From: Candidatus Latescibacterota bacterium
GTDB lineage: Bacteria; Latescibacterota; UBA2968; UBA8231
Direction of reading: 5' to 3'
DNA: 64,000 nt
Assembly (NCBI GenBank): GCA_965261395.1
Contig: OZ253462.1
Span: 3,904,001-3,968,000, forward strand
Shown piece by piece: positions 12,195 to 20,694 of the stretch; the first letter of the stretch is position 1; every line of letters begins with the position of its first letter. The translations under genes and the position numbers were made by a program. Under the pieces are notes generated by a model. It made no database searches and was not told the origin of the DNA. It saw only the letters and a program-made list of their open reading frames with translations.

Positions 12195-12989
12195 TCAAAC
12201 CCTCCCAGGAAACGACCGTCCCCGCACCTGCTTAAAGGGGGGCATCTTAGGCGCGTCGGTGACCGCCTCGTCGCGCCAAGAAGCCGCGCGCATGTAGTGC
12301 ACGGCATAGCCCCTGCGCCGCGTGCCGGTCCGATTGGCATTGCTCTGGTGCAGCGTCAGGCTGTGGTGGAAGCTGATGCTGCCGGGGCGGAGGGTAGCGG
12401 GCCGGATGGGCCAGCCGTCGCTTTCCAGATCGGCGACAAAAGGAGCCAAGCGCTCGCCCCGCAACATGCCCCAGCGGTGAGTGCCCGGGGCAAAGTTGAG
12501 GCAGCCGTTGTCGAGGGTGGCCGCGTCAATGGCGGTCCAGGCAGAGACCAAATCCATGGGGAAAATATCGCGCCAAGAGGCCGAGTCCTGGTGCCAGCCC
12601 TGAGCCGTACCCGTGCGCGGAGCTTTCATAAAAAGCTGATCGCCATACATCTTGATGTCGTCGGTGCTGAGCAAATCAGCGGCGATGTCGGCGATTTTGG
12701 GGTGGGTGACGTGGGCCCACATCACGTCGTCGTACACTGCTATGTTGTACAATTTGCGCACGGCCAGCACTTGGTCGGTGACCGCTTTTTCGCCGCGACG
12801 GAAGACGGGTTCGAGCTGGATGCTGGTGTCGGGGATGTGGTCTAGCTCGCCGGCGGCAATGCGGTCGGTATGGGCCGCTAAAGCGGCTACCTCGTCGGGG
12901 GTCAGCACATCTTCGACGGTCAGACAGCCGTCGAGTTGGAAGCGCTCTACTTGGTCAGGGGTGAGGTGACGCAGGTTTTGTTGGGTCAC
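12195..12989 (-). CDS. Phytanoyl-CoA dioxygenase (PhyH)-family Fe/2OG dioxygenase
   Basis: WHQDS...AWTAIDAATLDNGCL...PGTH...HHSLTLHQSNANRT. Confidence 0.9.
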   Translation of the reverse strand: MTQQNLRHLTPDQVERFQLDGCLTVEDVLTPDEVAALAAHTDRIAAGELDHIPDTSIQLEPVFRRGEKAVTDQVLAVRKLYNIAVYDDVMWAHVTHPKIADIAADLLSTDDIKMYGDQLFMKAPRTGTAQGWHQDSASWRDIFPMDLVSAWTAIDAATLDNGCLNFAPGTHRWGMLRGERLAPFVADLESDGWPIRPATLRPGSISFHHSLTLHQSNANRTGTRRRGYAVHYMRAASWRDEAVTDAPKMPPFKQVRGRSFPGRV

Positions 12990-13017
12990 GAGACGGTCTC
13001 CTCCTTCAGTATAGACT

Positions 13018-14202
13018 GGCTTTGGTGCATGAATTGGTGTTTTTTTCGGTTGATCGGTTGAATAAAAACAGGCTCCTCAGTAGATTGAGCACGACTTTCG
13101 CCAAAAAACCCATGCTTTCTCGTCCAAGGAACCTGTCATGGCCAACCTATCGTCTTGCCCCTCTTCCGTCAAGCCTGGTCGCTCGCCTCGCCGTCGCTCC
13201 AACGTCGTGTACCGGGTACGTAATTGGGCCGACTATGAGGCCGGGCTGCAACAGCGCGGTAGTCTGACGGTGTGGTTCACGCCCCAGGCCGTCGAAGCTT
13301 GGTATTATCAAGGGCCGCCTCAGCGGGGGGCGCAATATACCTTTTCGGAGGTCGCCATCCAAACGGCGTTGACGCTGCGTCTTTTGTATCACTTGCCCCT
13401 ACGCCAAACCGAGGGGTTTGTCGCTTCGGTGTTGGCCCTGATGGGCTTGGATCTGCGGGTGCCCGATCACACGACCCTGTCGCGCCGTCAGGCGGGTTTA
13501 GCCGTGGCGTGGCCGCCCCAGCGGGGAGACCAACCGATGCACTTGGTGGTGGATTCGACCGGGCTGAAAGTGTATGGCGAAGGCGAATGGAAGGTGCGTC
13601 AGCACGGCTGGAGCAAGCGGCGCACGTGGCGCAAATTGCACCTCGGGGTTAATGAAGCCACCGGCGAGATCGTCGCGCAGACCTTGACGACGAATAGCCA
13701 CGATGATGCGGGGCAGGTGGAGCCGTTGCTGGCACAGATCGAGGCCCCCGTGGAGGCGTTGGGCGGCGATGGGGCCTATGACAAACGCAAGGTGTTCAAG
13801 GCGTTGGCCGCGCCCGAGCAGGGGGCACCTATTCATCCGATCATTCCGCCGCGCAAGGACGCCAAAATCGAGCAACATGGCAACACCAACGCCGAGCCGT
13901 TGCCCCGCGATGAGACGATTCGAGCCATCCGCAAACGGGGCCGTCGAGGTTGGAAACACGAGAGCGGCTATCATCGACGCTCGGTAGCCGAAACGCAGAT
14001 AGGCCGCTACAAACAGATACTTGGTGACACCTTGCGCACCCGAACCCTAACCAACCAACAGACCGAAGCGCGGTTGGGCTGTGCCTTGCTCAACCGGATG
14101 CGGGCGTTGGCGAAACCTGAGTCCTATCCGCTAACCAAAAAAGCGTAAATCACACGCGAAAGAAGCCAACACGGCCCCGACCGGTTTTCATGCAACAAAG
14201 CC
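13018..14202 (+). mobile_element. IS5-family, IS903-group insertion sequence, 1185 bp
   Basis: IRs GGCTTTGGTGCATGAA and TTCATGCAACAAAGCC (15/16 match). Perfect 9-bp target duplication GTATAGACT at 13009-13017 and 14203-14211. Confidence 0.95.
13138..14148 (+). CDS. IS903-group transposase
   Basis: YRVRNWADYEAGLQQRGSLTVW, PDHTTLSRR, VDSTGLKVYGEGEW, RTWRKLHL, GDGAYD and GYHRRSVAET motifs. Confidence 0.95.
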   Translation: MANLSSCPSSVKPGRSPRRRSNVVYRVRNWADYEAGLQQRGSLTVWFTPQAVEAWYYQGPPQRGAQYTFSEVAIQTALTLRLLYHLPLRQTEGFVASVLALMGLDLRVPDHTTLSRRQAGLAVAWPPQRGDQPMHLVVDSTGLKVYGEGEWKVRQHGWSKRRTWRKLHLGVNEATGEIVAQTLTTNSHDDAGQVEPLLAQIEAPVEALGGDGAYDKRKVFKALAAPEQGAPIHPIIPPRKDAKIEQHGNTNAEPLPRDETIRAIRKRGRRGWKHESGYHRRSVAETQIGRYKQILGDTLRTRTLTNQQTEARLGCALLNRMRALAKPESYPLTKKA

Positions 14203-15085
14203 GTATAGACTGATAGTTCTCCGTCCAAGCTTTGAGCGGGATATCCTCGTCTTGGGGCCGCCAATAACGCGACACCGGCAGCACCAAGGGATCGTCGCCC
14301 GCATAGGCCGTGCTGCCGGTGCCCAACTCGCCCAAAAGCTGACGCCGCACCGGGTCGCACCCTGCCAAGACGTCCGGGGCTTGATGCTCGTAATCCGAGG
14401 GGCGGATCCAGCGGTGCTGATAGCCATAGTACAGGCATTTGCGCGGTTGATCGGACAGATTGGGGGTCAAGCAGTGGTACAGGGCCGTGCGCCATACTAG
14501 CGCGGTACCGGGGGCGACGTTGACTTCGACAATGCGTTTGGGATCGACGCGGCGCGCATCCTCGTCAATCCACGGCGATTGGCGATGGCTGCCGCGCACA
14601 ACGCAAATGGCACCGCTTAAAGGTTGGGTCAGGTCGGTCAAATAATAGCCGACTTTCATCTCCATAAACGGCAGCACCCCATCGACCGCGGGCCAGCCGT
14701 AGTTGGGGCCGTCGGCGTGCCAAGGGAAAAAACTGTCTGGGGCACCTAGCTCGTGCTCGCCGTCGGCGGGATCCTGCGGCGGGCGCACGTCGAGGTGCGA
14801 TGTGCGGAGCTGGATATTGTAGCCCATCAGGTCCACAACCAGCGGCAAAATGGGTGGATAGTCCACCAATTCCTTAAAGAGGGAGTTGGCGGCGATATTG
14901 CGCATTTGAAAGGCTTGGCGGGGACCGATATTGCGCTCTTGGCGGTAGCGGTCGTACAACTCGTCGAGCCGTTGCAACAGCGCGGCGATGTGGTCGGGCG
15001 GCAGGGCGTCTTCGACGAGGAAGAAGCCGTCTTCGTCAAATTGACGCTGCTGTTCGGGGGTGATTTTTAAGGAGGGTTTGCTCAT
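14150..15085 (-). CDS. PhyH-family dioxygenase (last ~7 codons replaced by IS sequence)
   Basis: WHADG, GAICVVRGSH and LYHCLTPN. The original end QSILKEETVS* lies left of the IS. Confidence 0.88.
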   Translation of the reverse strand: MSKPSLKITPEQQRQFDEDGFFLVEDALPPDHIAALLQRLDELYDRYRQERNIGPRQAFQMRNIAANSLFKELVDYPPILPLVVDLMGYNIQLRTSHLDVRPPQDPADGEHELGAPDSFFPWHADGPNYGWPAVDGVLPFMEMKVGYYLTDLTQPLSGAICVVRGSHRQSPWIDEDARRVDPKRIVEVNVAPGTALVWRTALYHCLTPNLSDQPRKCLYYGYQHRWIRPSDYEHQAPDVLAGCDPVRRQLLGELGTGSTAYAGDDPLVLPVSRYWRPQDEDIPLKAWTENYQSIRLCCMKTGRGRVGFFRV

Positions 15086-15104
15086 TGGACGATCCTTTAA
15101 GACG

Positions 15105-15902
15105 CTACTTCCAGATGCAAAAGCCGCCGTCCACCACCAAGTTGTGCCCGGTGATATAGTCGGCGGCGGGCGAGGCCAAAAAGCGCACCGCTCCCTTCAG
15201 GTCCATGCCGTCGCGGCCCATGCGGCCCAAGGCGGTGGCTTCGCTATAGGCGTCTATAAAAGCTTGGGGCTGGCCGCGCTCAAAGCCACCAGGCGAAATG
15301 GCGTTGACCCGCACTCCCATCGGAGCCAAATAGGCGGCCGCGTCCATCGTCAGACCGATGACGCCGGCTTTGGCTGCGGCGTAGTCCACCGGTTGCGGCC
15401 GCAAGCCGCTGCGCTGGTACATGCGGCGATCGCGGCCCACCAGACCGGCGATGGAGGCGATATTGATAATAGACCCCGAGCCTTGGTCGGCCATGATGCG
15501 GCCGAAGATTTGGCAGGAGAACAGGGGGCCGGTCAGATTGGTGTCGATGAGCAGGCGGGCATCTTCGGGCTTGCGCTCGAACAGGTCGGTGGTGCTCAGC
15601 TCCAAGCCGCCGCCGGCGTTGTTGACCACCACATCGACGCGGCCTTGCCACTGGCGCACGTCTTGGGCGAATTGGCTGAGGGCGGCGTGGTCGCAAATGT
15701 CGAGGGCGGCGTGGTACACCTCACAGCCATAGGTCTTTTTGAGATGCTCTGCTGTGGCTTGGGCACTGGCTTCTTGGCGCGAAGTAATGGCCAGATGGCA
15801 ACCGGCGTCGGCTAGGCTTTCGGCCATGTCGCGGCCCAAATCGCGAGCCCCGCCGATTACCACGGCAACTTGGCCGGTCAAGTCGAAAAGTTCTGTGCTC
15901 AT
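15105..15902 (-). CDS. Short-chain dehydrogenase/reductase (gluconate 5-dehydrogenase-like)
   Basis: GGARDLG, VNNAG, YAAAK, NAISPG. Confidence 0.92.
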   Translation of the reverse strand: MSTELFDLTGQVAVVIGGARDLGRDMAESLADAGCHLAITSRQEASAQATAEHLKKTYGCEVYHAALDICDHAALSQFAQDVRQWQGRVDVVVNNAGGGLELSTTDLFERKPEDARLLIDTNLTGPLFSCQIFGRIMADQGSGSIINIASIAGLVGRDRRMYQRSGLRPQPVDYAAAKAGVIGLTMDAAAYLAPMGVRVNAISPGGFERGQPQAFIDAYSEATALGRMGRDGMDLKGAVRFLASPAADYITGHNLVVDGGFCIWK

Positions 15903-15949
15903 GGGGATGCTCCTGGCACGGGGCAATATAGGCGTCTAAAGGTGGGGAA

Positions 15950-17404
15950 TCAACCAGATGAAGGCTCCTGAAAGGTCATTGCCGGCCGCTGCTCCCAGCG
16001 GCATTGGTCGGGCGCGTTGGTCTGTTGGGCCCAGTCGCGGATCAAGTCGATATCCGCCAGCCGCTCCTTTAGCCGTGCCGCGACCCGGGCCGGGTCCCAC
16101 CCGTCCAAGACCAAGCTGGTCAACTCGGCCACCAACTCCCGGCACTCCGGGTCTGCGGCCCGGTCCACTCGCTCTTGGGGATCCTCTGCTAGGTTGAACA
16201 ACTGGGGCCGCTCCTGCCAATGGTAGATCAGCTTCCACGGCCCGCGCCGCACCATGCGCTGCACTTGGCCCTCGCGCAGGGCGTATTCCGAAAAGGCCGT
16301 ATCCGACCAATCGCCACGGCCCGTGCGCAGTAACTCCAGCGCTGGTCGCCCCGGCGAGTTGGGTAAGGGCGGGGCACCTAGGGCTTGGAGCATGGTGGCG
16401 TTGATATCCAAGGCGCTCATGACTCGGTCGCAGCGCGTCCCAGCCGGCAAGACGCCGGGCCAGGAGACAATGGCCGGTACTTTGACCGACTCTTCGTAAA
16501 AAGTCCGCTTCATCCACAAGTCGTGCTCGCCGATCGAATCGCCGTGATCCGAGCTGTACACTACCAGCGTGTTGTCGGCCAAGCCATTTTCCCGTAGGGC
16601 CGTTAAAATACGGCCGATCATGCCGTCCATTGCGGCGACCAAGGCCCAATAGGCGGCCCGGGCGTTGAGCACCCATTCCTCGGGCACATCCTGCACCTTG
16701 CCGTGGGCTCGCCACCAGCGGATTGCCGGATGGAGGTGATCGCCAAAAGGCTCGCGCACTGCGGGCGGTTGAATTTTCGCTCGGTAGTAATCGTACAGGG
16801 GTCGCCGCGCCAAATAGGGAGAATGCGGCAGCATAAAGCCGATGCTGAGGCTGAAAGGGCCTTCGGCTTGACCGGCGCGTTTTTGCACACCCAGCCGATT
16901 TAAGAAGTACACGGCCGCTGCGGTTACGTCCTCGTCGTGTACTTGGTATGCGCTCTGGCCCGGCCCGGCCTTCTTCAGATTGTTGCGGCCAATGGCCGGG
17001 GCGACCCCCAAGCCGGGCCAATTAGAGCAGTGGTCGCCCACCGGCCTTGCGGCATAGCCGTGCAACTGGTCGGGACCTATGGAGTGCATGCGGCCGATCA
17101 GCACCGGTCGGTATCCGGCCGCCCCCATGGCGTGGGCCATCGTCGGCACCCCCGAATTGAGGATCTGATTGTTGGTCCACACTTCGATGTCGCTGGGGTA
17201 GCGTCCCGCCAGCATGGCCATGCGCGAGGCCACGCATACCGGCGACGGGCAGTACACCTGAGAGCATTGCACGCCCTCGGCGGCGAGGCGGTCCAAATGC
17301 GGCGTCTCCACCACTGGATCTCCGGCGCAGCCCATGACGTAGGGATTGTGCTGGTCGGAGTGGATGTAGAGTAGATTGGGGCGCGGGTTGGGTGATTGCT
17401 GCAT
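15950..17404 (-). CDS. Sulfatase (choline-sulfatase-like S1 family)
   Basis: PNLLYIHSDQH, CVASR (CxAxR), GRMH, PHSPY, SDHGD, W-MK-FYEES. Confidence 0.9.
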   Translation of the reverse strand: MQQSPNPRPNLLYIHSDQHNPYVMGCAGDPVVETPHLDRLAAEGVQCSQVYCPSPVCVASRMAMLAGRYPSDIEVWTNNQILNSGVPTMAHAMGAAGYRPVLIGRMHSIGPDQLHGYAARPVGDHCSNWPGLGVAPAIGRNNLKKAGPGQSAYQVHDEDVTAAAVYFLNRLGVQKRAGQAEGPFSLSIGFMLPHSPYLARRPLYDYYRAKIQPPAVREPFGDHLHPAIRWWRAHGKVQDVPEEWVLNARAAYWALVAAMDGMIGRILTALRENGLADNTLVVYSSDHGDSIGEHDLWMKRTFYEESVKVPAIVSWPGVLPAGTRCDRVMSALDINATMLQALGAPPLPNSPGRPALELLRTGRGDWSDTAFSEYALREGQVQRMVRRGPWKLIYHWQERPQLFNLAEDPQERVDRAADPECRELVAELTSLVLDGWDPARVAARLKERLADIDLIRDWAQQTNAPDQCRWEQRPAMTFQEPSSG

Positions 17405-17420
17405 CGAGAAGCGTCCTCCT

Positions 17421-18545
17421 TTATAGAGACAAACGAGCCCAGCACACTTCCATGCAGGCGTCGTCGCCAGCGTAATAGACGACCATGACATCGCCGTCGG
17501 GCAGGGCCGCGGCAAAGGGCAGACCAAAACTCCACAGGCCCATTTCGGCCAGCAGGTCGCCGGTGTCTCCTTGGCCGGCAGCGGTTTGCGAGGATTCGAC
17601 TGTTTGACGGTATAGTTCTACTTCGGTGTCCGCGGCAAAAGGGGCGTCTGCCGCCGGGGCTAGACGGGCGCGGATCGAGTGCGATTGAAAGCGATCGACC
17701 CAAGCCAAGACCACGCGGCCGTCGGGCAAAATGGCTGGATGCGCGGCCTGATCGGGAAAACCGAGATCATCGGGGGCGGACCAAGTGGCCCCTTCGTCCG
17801 TGCTGAGGTGGCGCTGGATATTGAGGTACTGGGTCGTCTGCCGGTCATAGGTCCAGGTGAAGGTGACCACGCGGCCGTCGGGGCAGACGCCAGCGCGCTG
17901 GTCCCAGTTGAAGATGCGGCCGGTGGGGTCCTGGCAGGTGGTGACGGGATCGCCCCAGGTCTGGCCCTTATCTTCTGAATACAAATACACCACCCGTTGC
18001 AGCCACTGGCCCTGGTCCCAATAGGTTTTATTGCTCTCGATGCTCAAGGCCAGCCGGCCGCTGGGCAGGACGAGTACGGGGTTGGTCAGGCTGGGCGGGC
18101 CAACATCCGGGGGGACGGGCACGACGCGCCAGTCGGACCAGGTGAGTCCTAGGTCGTGGGAATCGGCTAGGACGATCTCCATGGGCAAGCAGCCTTCAGT
18201 CTCGTCGTTGAAAAGGGGTTGGCCCGGATAGGTCTGGCGGTCAACCCACAGGGCGGCTAGCAACAAGTGGCCGTTGCCCAAGTCAGTGATATAGCCCACC
18301 CGGAGCGAGCCGTTCAGCCCGTTTAAGGTCGTGGCAAAAGGGGTTGCGGGTGTGCTCCAAGATTGCCCGCCATCGTCCGAGCGCTTCAGTTCGAGCGTGC
18401 CGTTCGCCGAATCCTTGGTGCTGCCGACTCGGTAGGTGGCCAGTAGCGAGCCGTCGGCTAGGGGGGTGAGCGCGGGAAAGGTCGAAAAGGCGCGCGGCGT
18501 ATTGGGCTGACCGCGGTTGATGCTGCCGCGATTGATAATTTTCAT
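17421..18545 (-). CDS. BNR-repeat sialidase-like beta-propeller hydrolase
   Basis: Asp-boxes SDDGGQSW, SHDLGLTW, SEDKGQTW and STDEGATW. Confidence 0.85.
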   Translation of the reverse strand: MKIINRGSINRGQPNTPRAFSTFPALTPLADGSLLATYRVGSTKDSANGTLELKRSDDGGQSWSTPATPFATTLNGLNGSLRVGYITDLGNGHLLLAALWVDRQTYPGQPLFNDETEGCLPMEIVLADSHDLGLTWSDWRVVPVPPDVGPPSLTNPVLVLPSGRLALSIESNKTYWDQGQWLQRVVYLYSEDKGQTWGDPVTTCQDPTGRIFNWDQRAGVCPDGRVVTFTWTYDRQTTQYLNIQRHLSTDEGATWSAPDDLGFPDQAAHPAILPDGRVVLAWVDRFQSHSIRARLAPAADAPFAADTEVELYRQTVESSQTAAGQGDTGDLLAEMGLWSFGLPFAAALPDGDVMVVYYAGDDACMEVCWARLSL

Positions 18546-18666
18546 TTTACTACTCCAAGTTAGTCGTTTCTCATTGTGCGGAGCGTGTGTCTTATTATTC
18601 AAAGAGGCCGGGGTATAATAGCGATACTCGGGATGGCTGGACAATGTCCTAAAGAGGAGAACAGCG

Positions 18667-19851
18667 ATGCAGCAACCCCATTACAATAAAGACCTAGACG
18701 TCCGCCAGATAGGACCGGAAGATTTACCTCGTGCCCGCCTAGTGGCCGGACGCGCCTTTATGGAACACGCCGAAGATTGGTACGGGGAGGATGAGACGAC
18801 GCTGGCTGGCTTTGATGGGGAGGGGACTTTGGTGTGCGCCTTGGGCTATCAGCTCGAATCGTTGTGGTGGGGTGCGGCGCAGATTCCGGCTGGGGCTATA
18901 GGTGGGGTGGCCACGGATCCCAAGCATAAGCGGCGCGGTCACGCCGGTGGGCTTATGGTGCGGGCCATTCACATACTGCGGGCACGCGGTTGCTGCATCA
19001 GCCCGCTGTGGCCTTTTTCCTTTAGGTGGTACGGCAAGTTCGGTTGGGCTTGTCCAGCGCCGAGATTGGAACTGAAAGTATGGCCGGATCTGGTGCGCCA
19101 AGCTACGACGGAGGTCGGGACGGTGCGGCGGGCGACCGCGGAGGACACAACCGCCGTGCATCGGCTGCACACCGAAGGGGCGCAATTGCGCAATGGGCAA
19201 TCGGTGCGCTCGGAAGCGTTTTGGCAAAAGGAGGAGATACAGCGCGAGCTTTGGGTGCTGGAGGGGGACGGTGGAAGAGTGGATTGCTCCGCCCTGATCG
19301 AAATAGGGGATTTGGCGCGCGCCGAGGGCAAACGCATTACCGTGCGGGAGCTACATGGGGCCTCTTTCGCCGCCCAATTGAAGCTCGTGCGGTCCTTGGC
19401 CGATATGGATGGGGTAGCCGCCCTGAAGCTTGAACTACCGCCCGATAGCTTGTTGCTCCACGCTTTCCCAGAGCGCTTTGATGTTGTCGTGGAGTACGAC
19501 TTGGCGCTGCGAGTATTGGACGTGGGCCAAGCTCTGGCGCATCTCAAGCCGCCTGAAAATCTGCGGGCGACGGTTGCGTTTGAAGTGGCCGATTGGGTGG
19601 TGAGTGCCGATAAGCCGCTGGCAGTGACAGTCCAAGCTGAAGGGGGTCAAGTGGAGGTCGCGGCCAAGGCAGACAAAGACGCGTTGCGCTGCGATATTAA
19701 AACCTTCACCCAATTGTTTGCCGGCGGCTTGACCGTGGCCCAAGCGCGGGCCATGGGGCGTTTGACCGGCGGTAGTCTAGCGATGGGGACGGCCTGCGAT
19801 GCGTTGCTGCACGGGCGCGTACCGTACCGCTCCGATATCGAGGCAGGGTAG
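18667..19851 (+). CDS. Eis-like GNAT acetyltransferase with C-terminal SCP2-like domain
   Basis: IGGVATDPKHKRRGHAG, LWPFSFRWYGKFGW, LRVLDV..AL. Confidence 0.88.
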   Translation: MQQPHYNKDLDVRQIGPEDLPRARLVAGRAFMEHAEDWYGEDETTLAGFDGEGTLVCALGYQLESLWWGAAQIPAGAIGGVATDPKHKRRGHAGGLMVRAIHILRARGCCISPLWPFSFRWYGKFGWACPAPRLELKVWPDLVRQATTEVGTVRRATAEDTTAVHRLHTEGAQLRNGQSVRSEAFWQKEEIQRELWVLEGDGGRVDCSALIEIGDLARAEGKRITVRELHGASFAAQLKLVRSLADMDGVAALKLELPPDSLLLHAFPERFDVVVEYDLALRVLDVGQALAHLKPPENLRATVAFEVADWVVSADKPLAVTVQAEGGQVEVAAKADKDALRCDIKTFTQLFAGGLTVAQARAMGRLTGGSLAMGTACDALLHGRVPYRSDIEAG

Positions 19852-19884
19852 GGCTGAACGCATAACTCACGGGAGGACAAGATT

Positions 19885-20634
19885 ATGATTTTGGCGACAG
19901 AGACGCACCTGCGGCAATACCGCGAAGAAGGCTATTGCCTAGTCGAAGAATTGATTCCAGCCGATTTAATCGAGGCCGCTCGCCAGCGCACCATGGAAAT
20001 AGCCGGAGCCTTACCCGACTGGTCGACAAGGCATTTCCAGGTACTCGATCCAAGTCGTTATAAGGCCGCCGGAGGCAGTCCGCTGCCGGGCGGTATTCAG
20101 CAGCCGGCCAGCCAAGAGGAGGTGTTCGTGCGGGTAGCCGGCCATCCGCGCTTGGCCGCAGTCATGGCGGGTCTGCTGGGAGGGCCAGTGAAACGCTTTA
20201 CCGATCAGATCGGGGTCAAGCACGCCGCAGTCGTCGAAGAGCAGGGAGGGCGCAGTTATTTCCACCAGGATTCGTTCTACTGGAAAATAGCGCCAGAGTT
20301 GGGTTGCAACTGCTGGATTCCCTTGACGGAAGTCGGGATAGAAGCCAGCGCCTTGGCCGTGATGCCGGTCAGCCACCAAGGCTGGCGACTCATCGAGCAC
20401 GAATCGTACTACGACGATCCGCCCATGGGGCACGTGGACGACGATGGCTTCAAGCCTTTCAAGCGCCATCGGGTTCCCCTAGAGCAGGTGGATTTTGCCC
20501 AGGAGAAACTAATCGCCACTAGGCCGGGAGACGGATTGTTCTTCAGCAATTACACTTGGCACCGCAGCGAGCCGAACCGCAGTGGCCGGTCTCAGGCTTT
20601 TTACGCCATTGCGTACCAGCGCCGCGATTCATGA
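19885..20634 (+). CDS. PhyH-family dioxygenase
   Basis: FHQDSFYW, NCWIPL, WHRSEPNRS. Confidence 0.9.
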   Translation: MILATETHLRQYREEGYCLVEELIPADLIEAARQRTMEIAGALPDWSTRHFQVLDPSRYKAAGGSPLPGGIQQPASQEEVFVRVAGHPRLAAVMAGLLGGPVKRFTDQIGVKHAAVVEEQGGRSYFHQDSFYWKIAPELGCNCWIPLTEVGIEASALAVMPVSHQGWRLIEHESYYDDPPMGHVDDDGFKPFKRHRVPLEQVDFAQEKLIATRPGDGLFFSNYTWHRSEPNRSGRSQAFYAIAYQRRDS

Positions 20635-20694
20635 CAGCGCGTCTCTACAGGAAGCCATACCAACGGCGTGGCGGTATTGTTTAGTTGCCTCTTG

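Noticed and set aside
15936-17021. Long alternative-frame ORF (361 aa) overlapping the sulfatase
   Set aside because: Arg/Pro/Gly-rich shadow ORF typical of high-GC DNA, with no motifs.
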